Assembly: GCA_000092065.1 (NCBI GenBank)
Contig: CP000583.1
DNA from: Ostreococcus lucimarinus
Taxonomy: Eukaryota
Length of the DNA stretch: 64,000 bases
Direction: 5' to 3' (one strand)
The notes below the pieces were generated by a model. It did not search any database. It saw only the letters and a program-made list of their open reading frames with translations, and was not told the DNA's origin. Both the position numbers and the translations under genes were made by a program. Positions 26,101 through 35,520 of the stretch are shown here, piece by piece (position 1 is the first letter of the stretch; each line of letters starts with the position of its first letter).

Positions 26101-26637
26101 TCAGTCGAGAACGATGGGCGCGTCGTCGTCCGCCTCCGCGTCCAACACCACCACCGCATCGTCCCCCCCAGGCGCCGCCAACAACCGACTCTCATCACGC
26201 GCCGTCCCTCCCAATCGCCGTCCGCCGCCGCGCAGACCGACCTCGGCGAGTCGCGCGCGTCTCGCCGCCGCGTCTCGCGCGTTCGTCCGCGGCGACCGCG
26301 CGCGTCTCGCGCCGCCGTCCCCGCCCACGCACCGTCCGCACACCACGAAATCGCTCGCCATCATCACCGCCGCCTCGCGCTCGAGCGTTCGCAGCAGCGC
26401 GTAGAACGTCGCGTCGTGCGGTCCGATCTCCACGTGCGTCAGCTCGTGCAGCATCACCGCGAACACTTGCTCCTCGTCGATCCATCGATACGCCGCCTCG
26501 CCGCGCCCTCGTCGCTGTCGCACCAGCACCCGCACGCGCCTGCCTCGGTCGAGATTGTCCCCCCAGAGCGCGATCTCGCCCGGCGGCGCCGGCGGGAGCT
26601 CGGTGAGCTCGCCGACGCGCCATCCGCGACGCTTCAT
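26101..26637 (-). CDS. WLM-domain zinc metalloprotease (Wss1-like, HExxH), candidate DNA-protein crosslink repair protease
   Basis: ...RVRVLVRQRRGRGEAAYRWIDEEQVFAVMLHELTHVEIGPHDATFYALLRTLERE aligns with the Wss1 WLM core (LRLR...TMLHELTHNLFGPHDKKFYNKLDEL). ATG at 26637. The C-terminal 90 aa are low complexity, so the stop and any extra exon are uncertain. Confidence 0.6.
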   Translation of the reverse strand: MKRRGWRVGELTELPPAPPGEIALWGDNLDRGRRVRVLVRQRRGRGEAAYRWIDEEQVFAVMLHELTHVEIGPHDATFYALLRTLEREAAVMMASDFVVCGRCVGGDGGARRARSPRTNARDAAARRARLAEVGLRGGGRRLGGTARDESRLLAAPGGDDAVVVLDAEADDDAPIVLD

Positions 26638-26800
26638 GAGACCGTGCGCGCGCCTCGCGACGCGATGGAGCGTCGCGAGCGCTCGCGCGCGCTCGACGGC
26701 ATCGCCCGCGGCGTGCGCGACGACGCCGTCGAACGCGTCGACCGGGTACGGGCGGTCCAGCGCGCGCGTCGTCGTCCGCGCGACGGCAGCGCGCGACGCG

Positions 26801-27595
26801 ATGTCGAGCGCGCGCGTCGTCGTCGCGGCGCGACGCGGCGTCGCGTCGCGCCGCGGCGCGCGGACGACGACGCGCGGGGCGACGCCGAACGACGCGCGGT
26901 CGGACGAGCTCGTGCGCGCGTCGGCGCGCGCGGCGGCGGACGCGAAGGCGGCGGTGACGCGGCGAAACGTCAGGGCGACGGTCGAGGCGCGGAAGCGCGC
27001 GGACGAGGACCGCGAGGCGGCGGCGCGCGAAGAAGCGGCGGCGGAGAAGCGGGCGCGCGCGGAGGCGCGCGCGGCGGCGATCGGGGGACGACGGCCGTTT
27101 CATCGAAAGGCGGGACCGATCGCGGCGGCGGGCGCGGCGTGCTTGGCGGCGACGGCGGGGTGCTTCGAGGCGACGGTGCACGCGGGGGATTGGATAAACG
27201 CGCTGGCGGTGCCGGGAGACGCGCTGGTGGGGGCGAGCGGGGCGCCGGCGAAGAGCGGGCTGTTGACGCTGACGATCGGGGTGGGATTGACGGTGACGTC
27301 GACGCTCGCGTTTTCGACGGCGATTTTGTTCGCGTTGGCGTTTCAGGAGGGGAAGGGCGTGATAAAGAACGAACCGATCGTTTATTACCGATGCGACGGC
27401 GCCGATCCGACGTGTTGCGTGAACGGGCCGCACAACAAGGGGTATCACGAGCGGTTCGTGTACATGAATCACGGGCGCGGGTTCGAGACGCGACGGGCGG
27501 GGTGCATGCAAAGACATCTTCGCGTGTCGCGCGGGTGCTCGGCGCTCAAACCGTTGATCGTGTACCCGAAAGACGAGGACTGGGGATTCTGGTAA
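26801..27595 (+). CDS. Hypothetical membrane protein with a Cys-rich C-terminal domain
   Basis: TM segments ...GPIAAAGAACLAATAGCF... and LLTLTIGVGLTVTSTLAFSTAILFALAF, then ...YYRCDGADPTCCVNGPHNKGYHERFVYMNHGRGFETRRAGCMQ... In-frame ATG at 26801. The competing ORF 25969..27801 is G/R-rich junk in another frame. Confidence 0.35.
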   Translation: MSSARVVVAARRGVASRRGARTTTRGATPNDARSDELVRASARAAADAKAAVTRRNVRATVEARKRADEDREAAAREEAAAEKRARAEARAAAIGGRRPFHRKAGPIAAAGAACLAATAGCFEATVHAGDWINALAVPGDALVGASGAPAKSGLLTLTIGVGLTVTSTLAFSTAILFALAFQEGKGVIKNEPIVYYRCDGADPTCCVNGPHNKGYHERFVYMNHGRGFETRRAGCMQRHLRVSRGCSALKPLIVYPKDEDWGFW

Positions 27596-27660
27596 ATCTA
27601 CCGTCGCCACTAGATTTTAGCGTAATTTGTACAAACAACAGCGTCGGCGGGCGACTTTCT

Positions 27661-28887
27661 CTAAGACGACGCGCGCACGAAGAACGTTTGCGCGTCGAGC
27701 GCCGCGAGCGCGGGCGCGTCGCCGCCGTCTTCCCGCAACACGACTTCCCCGGCGCGCGTGGTGAGCTCGAACGTGGGCATCGACAACACCGCGTCGTCTA
27801 AACTGCGCGCGTAATCGAACACGTCGCGAATCGTAGACGCGTTCGCGTCGAACTTGCGCGTCTTCACCGCGCCGTTCGGCAAACTAAATCGAAGCGCCAC
27901 TACGCCCGGCGTTCCGCGCGCGGCGCTCGGCTCGGGCGCTATGGACGCGCGCAACGTCGCTTTACGAGTCTCGAACGCCTCTTGTTCGGCTAATTTAGCT
28001 CGCTCGCGCTCGGCGAGCGCCTCTTTCGCCTTTAAGAATTCCTCCTTGCGCCGGCGCTCGCGAGCGGCGATCTCATCCATCACGCGCTCGTACTCCTCGC
28101 TCGGTTCGAGCTCGACCTCTACGTCGGTCTCGAGTAAAGACACCGCGCCGAAACCGTCGTCCGGTTCCACCGCCGTCACCTTGAGCTCGTACGTCTTGCT
28201 CGGATCCGTCGTCGACGCGACGACGACTTCGTCGCCCACCGTCGCCGCGCTTCGCCCCATCATCACGCGCTCCAGCACCTCGCGCACGTCCTGATCCACG
28301 AAATCCCGCGCGAAATCATTCATACGAGGTTTCAGCGTCATCTTCGTCCCAAGCGGTAGCGCCGCGTACGTCACTCGCACCAGTCTCGCGTCGGCGTCCG
28401 CGCCGTCCTCGCGCGCCGCGTCCCCCGTCAACCCGAGCGTCCGCATCACCGGCTCCGGCAGCCCGATCGTCCCCGAATCCACGCTCCCGTAATCCAACAC
28501 CCCAACGTGCGTCTTCCTCTCTCCTCTCGACACGCAAAAGTGCGCGCGTCCGCTTCGATTCGCCCCCACGCTCGCCGCCGCGCTCGCCGGCAGTTGCGCC
28601 TTGTCCTCGCCCCGCGCGCGAATCCCCCGCCTCCTCGCCGCATCGCTCGATTGCGCGAACAAGCGCGCGTCGTACGACACGCCTTCGTTTTGCACCATCA
28701 TCGCCTCCTCGGCGCGCCGCTGTTCGCGCTCTCGCGCTCTCGCGCGCATTTTTTCATCGTCGAGCTGTTTTCGTAACGCTTCTTTCCGCGCGTTTTCCGC
28801 GCGCTCGACCGCGATCTTGTCCCGCAGCCTTCCCTGTTCGCGCGCGTTCTCCCGTTCGAGCTTCTTCGCCGCGTCGCGGAGGAACAT
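27661..28887 (-). CDS. UFD1-like N-domain plus UBX-domain protein (putative CDC48/p97 cofactor)
   Basis: The UFD1 N-domain is ...RAHFCVSRGERKTHVGVLDYGSVDSGTIGLPEPVMRTLGL...VRVTYAALPLGTKMTLKP...DVREVLERVMMGRSAATVGDEVVVASTTDPSKTYELKVTAVEPDDGFGAVSLLETDVEVE (compare RCFSVS...THCGVLEF..EGICYLPHWMMQNL...[26 protein letters not shown]). The C-terminal UBX is VVALRFSLPNGAVKTRKFDANASTIRDVFDYARS. Start is at ATG 28887 (MFLRDAAKK); the upper part of the ORF overlaps the Tim21-like gene. Confidence 0.6.
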   Translation of the reverse strand: MFLRDAAKKLERENAREQGRLRDKIAVERAENARKEALRKQLDDEKMRARAREREQRRAEEAMMVQNEGVSYDARLFAQSSDAARRRGIRARGEDKAQLPASAAASVGANRSGRAHFCVSRGERKTHVGVLDYGSVDSGTIGLPEPVMRTLGLTGDAAREDGADADARLVRVTYAALPLGTKMTLKPRMNDFARDFVDQDVREVLERVMMGRSAATVGDEVVVASTTDPSKTYELKVTAVEPDDGFGAVSLLETDVEVELEPSEEYERVMDEIAARERRRKEEFLKAKEALAERERAKLAEQEAFETRKATLRASIAPEPSAARGTPGVVALRFSLPNGAVKTRKFDANASTIRDVFDYARSLDDAVLSMPTFELTTRAGEVVLREDGGDAPALAALDAQTFFVRASS

Positions 28888-29026
28888 GGCGCGCGTCGCG
28901 CGTCGCCGCCTCGTCGTTCGCGCGCGTCGCTTTTTGACGCGATTCCGGAATCCGCACTCCGCGCCGCGCGTGCGTCCGCGCGCCCGTCGCGCGTCGCCTC
29001 GAAGCGCGTCGACGACGTCGATCGCG

Positions 29027-29809
29027 ATGTCCGCGAAGCGCGCGCTCGGCGCGTTGGCGACTCTGGCGACGCACGAGGCGCGCGCGGGGTCGATGAAGTT
29101 GATGACGATGTCGGGACATCGATGCGGCGCGACCGCGGCGACGACGGCGCGCGCGACGGTCGCCGGACCGACGCGCGCGCGTCTCGCGCGCGATGCGATG
29201 TCGCGCGATCGCGCGTACGCGACGCGACGAGGGACGAAGTCGAGCTCGAGCGCGGATGAGGCGGCGAGCGGGACGCGCGGCGACCTGGCGTCGACGCCGG
29301 AGAGCGGACGGTACGACGAAATCACCGATAAGTGGATCCCGGAGAAGCCGGTGAGCGTGGTCGAGGGCGCGTCGTACGGCGCGGTGGGGCTGATCGGGCT
29401 CGGGATCGCGGCGGGAGCGGTGTGGTACGGGGCGTCGGAGTTGTTGGTGACGCCGCGAGAGCAAAAGGTGTTCAACGCGGCTATGGATAAATTACACGAT
29501 GACGTGCGCGTCACCGTCGCGCTTGGATCGCCGATGACGGGATATGGGAGCGAAAGCCGCAGTCGGAGCGCGAGACACAGGATCGCGCACAGAGTGGTGA
29601 TCGATGAGAGAGGACGCGAGCGGTTGCGCGTGCAGTTTCACGCGCGCGGCGCGAGAGGAAGCGCCGTGGTGCACGCTGAGGCGGGCTTAGACGAGTCGAC
29701 GGGGAAGTGGGAGTTTCAATACATCATCGTGGACGTGCAAGGCGCGAACCCGACGCGGATTCACGTCGTTTCGCCGCAAGCGCAGCCACGGCGTCTGGTC
29801 GCGTTGTAG
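29027..29809 (+). CDS. Single-pass mitochondrial-type membrane protein, possibly TIM21-like
   Basis: R-rich presequence, one TM segment (GASYGAVGLIGLGIAAGAVWYGASELL) and a soluble domain ending ...KWEFQYIIVDVQGANPTRIHVV. The assignment is tentative. Upstream in-frame ATG at 28886 (MARVARRRLVVRAR...) would overlap the UFD1/UBX ATG by CATG. Confidence 0.35.
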   Translation: MSAKRALGALATLATHEARAGSMKLMTMSGHRCGATAATTARATVAGPTRARLARDAMSRDRAYATRRGTKSSSSADEAASGTRGDLASTPESGRYDEITDKWIPEKPVSVVEGASYGAVGLIGLGIAAGAVWYGASELLVTPREQKVFNAAMDKLHDDVRVTVALGSPMTGYGSESRSRSARHRIAHRVVIDERGRERLRVQFHARGARGSAVVHAEAGLDESTGKWEFQYIIVDVQGANPTRIHVVSPQAQPRRLVAL

Positions 29810-29866
29810 AAAGAATCGCTTCGATAAATTTACAATCATGAATATCATCAACACACGCGCGCGCGC

Positions 29867-31156
29867 CTACGTCGTCGAGCGCTCGCTCGACTGCCGTATC
29901 TTTTCTTCTCGTTCTAATTTTTCGCGCTTCCCCAGCCACACGGTGTACGGTATGGTGGCGCAAAGCATCGCGCACGCCAACAAATTTGCCCCCGTCGCGT
30001 CGTTCGAGTCCACCGCCCAGGCGAGCATAGGGTACTGCAACAAGCTCCACACCGCGGATATCAAAAGTCCAAGACCGCAGAGCGTACCGTAGTGCTCGAA
30101 TCCGAAGCGTCGACCGATGTTGCTAAAGTACATCGCGAACACAAACAGTCGGCCCAACGAATAGAGCGTCATGCCGAGAACGTGCACTCCCATACCCGCG
30201 CTCTTCGGCAGCGTCAGCAGCGCGAACGAGATCGCAGTGGAGATCGTCGCGAACGCCTGACACGCCCCACAACCGATCACATCCGCCACGCGACCGCCGT
30301 AGGCGGCGAATATCGCCACCGAACCGTACGCGGCGGAGAAGATGCTCGAGTATTCGCCCGCGGCGTCGCCCTTGAGTTCGAGTTGGTACCCTATGGCGGA
30401 TATGTAAAACTGTAGCGGACACACGACGACGGTGAACCACCCGACGAGTCCGATGTACTCTACCGATCGCATTTGCTCGCTTCGACTGAACCCATTCGCT
30501 AAACCTTCCGACCGCGCGTGTAAATCTCGCCGCGACTCCGCGCCGTCGCCGCCGTCGCCGCCGTCGCCGCCGCCGCCGTCGAAATCCACGTTCGCCGTCT
30601 CGTGAAAGTCCTGTCCCTTGGGCAACATCACTAAACACGCCGCGAACAACACCGCCGCGCACGCCGCGAACGCGTAAAACCCAACTTCTCGATCGTCGCC
30701 CGCCGTCAACGCCAAAAATACCACGCCGCTCACCTGAAACGCTCCGCTCAGCGACGACATCACCGTGCTCGCGCTTTCCGGAAACAACGCCGCCACCGGC
30801 TGCACGCACAACTGCACTCCGCTCCCTAACCCCAATCCAAACATCCCCAGCGTCAGCGCCGCGTCGTTCGTCGCCTCGCTCGCGCCGAGCGCCAGCGCGC
30901 CGCCGACGACGAACGCCAGGCACGCGCAGCACGTGAACCGCGTCCCCACGCGGTCCCGCGACACGCCCGCGACGAACCGACCGCCCTGAACGCTCCACGA
31001 CCCCGCGGTGAAGTGTCGCGCGAGGCGTTTCTCGCTCAGCTCGCCGCGCTCGCGCAGTAAAAGCGCGCGCAGCGGCGGCCATCCGTACACGGTACCCGCG
31101 ACGAGCGAGGACGCGACGAACGCGAGCGCGAACAGCGCGATTCGCGGGTACTTCAT
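29867..31156 (-). CDS. Major facilitator superfamily transporter
   Basis: Twelve TM-like segments from MKYPRIALFALAFVASSLVAG... to ...LLACAMLCATIPYTVWLGKREK. ATG at 31156 (M240 of ORF 29867..31873). The upstream 717 nt are an L/R-rich pseudo-ORF antisense to the GNL3 gene. Confidence 0.6.
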   Translation of the reverse strand: MKYPRIALFALAFVASSLVAGTVYGWPPLRALLLRERGELSEKRLARHFTAGSWSVQGGRFVAGVSRDRVGTRFTCCACLAFVVGGALALGASEATNDAALTLGMFGLGLGSGVQLCVQPVAALFPESASTVMSSLSGAFQVSGVVFLALTAGDDREVGFYAFAACAAVLFAACLVMLPKGQDFHETANVDFDGGGGDGGDGGDGAESRRDLHARSEGLANGFSRSEQMRSVEYIGLVGWFTVVVCPLQFYISAIGYQLELKGDAAGEYSSIFSAAYGSVAIFAAYGGRVADVIGCGACQAFATISTAISFALLTLPKSAGMGVHVLGMTLYSLGRLFVFAMYFSNIGRRFGFEHYGTLCGLGLLISAVWSLLQYPMLAWAVDSNDATGANLLACAMLCATIPYTVWLGKREKLEREEKIRQSSERSTT

Positions 31157-31444
31157 CGTCGCCCTCGGTTCGCGCGCGCGCGCGCGCGTCGGGCGCGCGC
31201 GCGCGGGTGTGCGGCGATTCGTATTCGCGCCGCCGCCGCCGCCACGCGACGCGACACAATCGCGCGCGGTTCTCGACGTCACGCGCGCGCGCGCGCACGA
31301 CGACGCGACCGAGGCTCGAAAGCGCGCGCGCGCGAACGCTCGTCCGTCGCGCGTCGTCGACGCGACGTCGCCGACGCGCGACGCGCGCGAAGACGCCGAC
31401 GCGGCGACGCTCTCGACGCCGACGCCCGACGACGACGCGCCACC

Positions 31445-33238
31445 ATGCCGAAGAAGAGCACGAAGTCGAAGTCGAAGCGCACGACGCTGAAACAAAAGTA
31501 CAAGGTGATTCGCAAGGTGAAGGAGCATCACAAGAAGAAGCGGAAGGAGGAGAACCGGTTGAAGCGATTGGGCATCAAGAAGAAGGGGCCGAAGGATCCG
31601 GGGGTGCCGAACGCGTGGCCGCACAAGGATGAGTTGATGAGGGAGATTGATCACGAACACGAGAAAATTGAGACGAAGAAGGAGGAACTGATGGAGGCGA
31701 AACGGGCGCGACGGACGGAGAATAAGAGAATCGCGAAGGAGATGATGGAGTCGGGGGCGCCGGCGCCGACGCTGGAGGAACTGCGAGCGATCGCGGATCG
31801 AAAAGAAACGAATTATGAAGAGAAGAAGAAGGCGAAGTTGGCGGAAGAGCTCGAGAGGGAGGATGAAGATCAAGATTCGAGTCGACGGGCGTATTATAAG
31901 GAGTTTGTTAAGGTTGTGGAGCTTTCGGATGTCATCATACAGGTTTTGGACGCGCGGGATCCGTTGTCGTGTCGATCGCCAGAGGTCGAGCGGTTCGTGC
32001 GGAGGATGAACCCGGATAAGCGCATGATTTTACTGCTGAATAAGATTGATTTAGTGCCGAAGGAGAATGTGTTGGCGTGGTTGACGTATTTCCGCGAGGA
32101 ACTACCGACGGTGGCGTTCAAGTGCGCGACGTCTGGCGGGAGCGGAAAGTTGGGCGCGAGAAACGCAAACTTTAAATCGTCCGGAAACGCGCTCGGTGGT
32201 GCGGACTCTTTGGGCGCGGAGAGTGTGTTGGAGATGTTGAAGAACTACGCGCGCAACAAGAACATCAAGACGGCGATCACGGTCGGGATCGTCGGGTTCC
32301 CGAACGTCGGTAAATCGAGTCTCATCAACTCGTTGAAGCGAAGTCGAACCGCGGCGGCGGTGGGTAACACGCCGGGGATGACCAAGGTTTTGAAGGAGAT
32401 CAAACTCGACAAGCACGTCAAGTTGATCGACTCTCCCGGTGTTGTCTTTGCGAGCGCGCTCGGTGAGTCCGCGGGCGCCGCCGCGTTGCGCAACTGCATC
32501 AAGGTTGAACGCATTGACGACCCAATCGCTCCGGTGCACGAAATCACTCGTCGATGTCCGGCGCAACAACTCATGCTCATGTACAAAACTGGAAGGTTCG
32601 GCGATGTCGACGACTTTTTACGTCAGGTCGCGCGGTTACAAGGTAAGTTGAAGAAGGGCGGGATCCCGGACCTGAAGGCGGCGGCGCGCGTCGTGCTCAC
32701 GGACTGGAACAACGGACGCATTCCGTACTTCACCTCGCCGCCGAAGCGCGAGGAGAATAAGGAACACGCCGGCGCGGAAATCGTCGGCAATTGGAGCGCA
32801 GAGTTCGACGCCGACAAAGTTTTCGCCGCCGAACAGTCCACCGTTATCGCGGGTTTGCCTGAAAACGAGGACGAGGACGATTTTATGCCCGTGCAGTCGC
32901 TCGGCAACGGCCTCATCGAGGCGCACGACTTGAGCGAAGACGAAGCCGACATGGACGAGGACGAAGCCGACGACATGGAGAATGACGCTCCGGTGCAAGT
33001 CATCCGCGCGCGAGATGATTCCGAGGCTGGTCGCACTCAGCGCGCGCTCGAACACGCGCGCGCTAAAACAGCCGCGAAGGCGTCTTCGGCCCGACAAAAA
33101 GTCCTCTACGGGAACGAGGGACAATACAATCCAAGCGACGCGCGCGCGGCGAAGAAACGCGCGCGGCGCCAAGCCAAAGCCGTCGCCGACGCCGCAGAGG
33201 ACGACAGCGGCTCAGACTTTGACTGGGAGGGGGAGTAG
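31445..33238 (+). CDS. GNL3: Nucleolar GTPase, nucleostemin/GNL3/Nug1 family (circularly permuted YlqF/MMR1-HSR1 GTPase)
   Basis: Basic N-terminus MPKKSTKSKSKRTTLKQKYKVIRKV... The motif order is G4 (LLLNKIDLVP), then G1 (GIVGFPNVGKSSLINSL), then G3 (DSPGVV). The C-terminal tail is acidic. Confidence 0.85.
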   Translation: MPKKSTKSKSKRTTLKQKYKVIRKVKEHHKKKRKEENRLKRLGIKKKGPKDPGVPNAWPHKDELMREIDHEHEKIETKKEELMEAKRARRTENKRIAKEMMESGAPAPTLEELRAIADRKETNYEEKKKAKLAEELEREDEDQDSSRRAYYKEFVKVVELSDVIIQVLDARDPLSCRSPEVERFVRRMNPDKRMILLLNKIDLVPKENVLAWLTYFREELPTVAFKCATSGGSGKLGARNANFKSSGNALGGADSLGAESVLEMLKNYARNKNIKTAITVGIVGFPNVGKSSLINSLKRSRTAAAVGNTPGMTKVLKEIKLDKHVKLIDSPGVVFASALGESAGAAALRNCIKVERIDDPIAPVHEITRRCPAQQLMLMYKTGRFGDVDDFLRQVARLQGKLKKGGIPDLKAAARVVLTDWNNGRIPYFTSPPKREENKEHAGAEIVGNWSAEFDADKVFAAEQSTVIAGLPENEDEDDFMPVQSLGNGLIEAHDLSEDEADMDEDEADDMENDAPVQVIRARDDSEAGRTQRALEHARAKTAAKASSARQKVLYGNEGQYNPSDARAAKKRARRQAKAVADAAEDDSGSDFDWEGE

Positions 33239-33273
33239 ACGTTGTCATGATCATTTTTAGCGGCTAATTGATC

Positions 33274-34899
33274 CTACAATACACTCGATGACGGCGCGAA
33301 TTCGCCGGCGCTCGCTCGCAAACTAGACGCCCGCGCCATGGCGAGCTCGGGCGTGCGAATCGGCGACAGACCCTTCGCCTTAATCTTCGACGGCTTGAGC
33401 GACGATTCGTACTGCACGTCGTTCGTCTGCGGCGTGACTGACTCGACGTCTTCTTCGCTCTCGTTCCCTGGCAACAACGGCTCGTAGTGCGCCGCCTCTT
33501 CGTCGTCGTCAGAATCACTCTCACTCTCGTTCTCGCCGTTGTCATCGCGAGGCGACATCTCTTGTCGAGGCAACCACACGTGCACGCGTCCAGCGAGCCA
33601 CGCCACGCGCCACGCGTTCAGCGCCAACTTCGCCGTCCAAATGCCCTTCAGACTTACCAGCGGGCGATTCGCGAGATACAGCGTCGGCAAGAAAACCAAA
33701 CCAACCCCGGTGGCCATGACTTCGCGAACGAACGAGAAACTGTGCGTGGCGTAGATGAATCCATCATACACGAAAACCGCCGCGTTGATCGGCTGCGCGA
33801 GCACGAGCACTCGCCACACCCCCGAGCCGAGCAGCGCCTCTTTCGTTTTCGCGTCGCGCGTGAACACGCTCGGAATCGCCGATTCGCCCGCCACGAGCGC
33901 GGCGCTGAAGACGAATCCGGTGACGACGCCCCACGCGACGAGCGTGTGCGACAATCGCACGAGCTCATCCTTTCGACCGGCGCCGAACAAACGCGACCCG
34001 ATCACCGTCGCGCACGTCGCGAATCCGTCGACGACGTACGAGCACACCATCCACAGCGACACGACGATGTGGTGCGCCGCCAATCCGCTCGGCTCCAAGT
34101 TCCTCGCGGCGACGACCACCGCGACGAAGAACGAGCTCTGCAACAAAATCGACCGCGCCACCATGCTCGCGCCGTTCGCCAAAAATCCAAACGTCTCCGC
34201 CGCGCCCAACCGTCTCGCCGACGTCGCTCGCGGCGCGAGCGGCTCGTCCCAACCTCGCGGCGTCGTCGTCGACACCAACCACCACCCCAATCCCGCCTGC
34301 GCGACGCTCACCGCGAACGTTCCGACGCCGATCCACCGCATCTTCGCCGCGTCTCCCCTCCCCAGCCCCAGCGCCGCGAGCGTCGCCGCCGCGTCCGCCG
34401 CCGCCTTTCCCGCCGACCACCGCGTCGCCGTCTCCACCCTGCCGATCCCGCACACCGTCCCCATCGCGCTCTCGAACGCCATCGCGAACGGCGTCGCGCC
34501 CAGGACCCACGGGAACATCTCGTTCGCCAGCGCCGCGACTTCCGGCGTCAACCGAAACGCGCCTCGCGCGCTCGGCGTCAGCGTCGCCGCGCACGCGATC
34601 GCGCTCGCCGTCCCGCTCACCAGCGCCAGCGCCATCGCCAGCGCCGCGCACATCCGCGCGCGCTCGCGATCGTTCGCGCCCGCGCGCGCGCCGACCTCGG
34701 CCGCGACGCCGTCGGCGAGAAAGTTGAGCGCGCCCGCGCTCAGCCGCGCCACCGCGCGCGCGACGCCGAACGCCGCCTGCGCGTCGCTCGACGCGCGCGC
34801 GCCCACGAGCGCGAGCTGGAGCGCCTGCGACAGCGGCGCGGCGACGCATCGCGCCGCGCCGGCGAGCGAGACGCGCGCGAGGACGCCGCGGCGCGGCAT
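33274..34899 (-). CDS. MATE-family efflux transporter
   Basis: Twelve TM segments and the MATE-like motif ...LGSGVWRVLVLAQPINAAVFVYDGFIYATHSF... ATG at 34899 (M309 of the ORF); the upstream part is R-rich antisense junk. The C-terminal tail is acidic and S-rich. Confidence 0.65.
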   Translation of the reverse strand: MPRRGVLARVSLAGAARCVAAPLSQALQLALVGARASSDAQAAFGVARAVARLSAGALNFLADGVAAEVGARAGANDRERARMCAALAMALALVSGTASAIACAATLTPSARGAFRLTPEVAALANEMFPWVLGATPFAMAFESAMGTVCGIGRVETATRWSAGKAAADAAATLAALGLGRGDAAKMRWIGVGTFAVSVAQAGLGWWLVSTTTPRGWDEPLAPRATSARRLGAAETFGFLANGASMVARSILLQSSFFVAVVVAARNLEPSGLAAHHIVVSLWMVCSYVVDGFATCATVIGSRLFGAGRKDELVRLSHTLVAWGVVTGFVFSAALVAGESAIPSVFTRDAKTKEALLGSGVWRVLVLAQPINAAVFVYDGFIYATHSFSFVREVMATGVGLVFLPTLYLANRPLVSLKGIWTAKLALNAWRVAWLAGRVHVWLPRQEMSPRDDNGENESESDSDDDEEAAHYEPLLPGNESEEDVESVTPQTNDVQYESSLKPSKIKAKGLSPIRTPELAMARASSLRASAGEFAPSSSVL

Positions 34900-35520
34900 C
34901 GCGCGTCGGCGTCTGACCGTCACACCGCGACGCGGATGACGGCGCGCGCGCGACGCGACGCGCGCGACGACGACGGCGACGCGCGCGACGACGCGCGCCG
35001 GACGCGTTCGAGCGACGACGCGCGCCGGATGCGCGTCGCGAGGCGAAGACTGGACGAAGGCGCGCCCGCGGCTCGAACGACGGCGGCGCGCGTCGACGCC
35101 GCGCGGCGCGCGATCGGACGCGCGATCGCGCGCGCGCTCGATCAATTGGGCGCGTTCGAGCGCGGCGCGACGAAGCTCGTCGGGTTCGGCGCGGGATGGC
35201 TCGCGGTGCGCGCGCCGGCGGCGGCGTGCGGGTGCGCGGCGGGCGCGTACGGCGGCGGTTTGGCGGCGTGCGGCGCGTGCGCGCTGGGCGCGGCTTGGGT
35301 CGCGGCGCGAGGACCGATCAGGGCGGTGAAAGATTTGGTGATCGGGATGGCGCTGAGCGTGTTGCCGGCGGCGCTGACGGCGACGAGCGCGCTGAGCGCG
35401 TGGAGACGGGGGGCGACGACGCTGGACGGCGAGCGGACGAACGCGATGAGCGCGGACGCGGCGAGCGCGGACGCGATATCGGTCGTGGGACTGGCGCGCG
35501 CGCACTTTAGGTTTGATTTG

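Noticed and set aside
25969-27801. 610-aa + ORF spanning the tRNA array to 27801, and the 471-aa minus ORF 26195..27610
   Set aside because: G/R-rich pseudo-ORFs. One starts inside a tRNA gene, and both are out of frame with the WLM (-) and membrane-protein (+) genes that show real motifs.
33487-35520. First about 680 codons of the 900-aa + ORF 33487..36189
   Set aside because: Antisense to the MATE transporter (R/H/P-rich). Only the last 222 codons, from ATG 35521, look like a gene.
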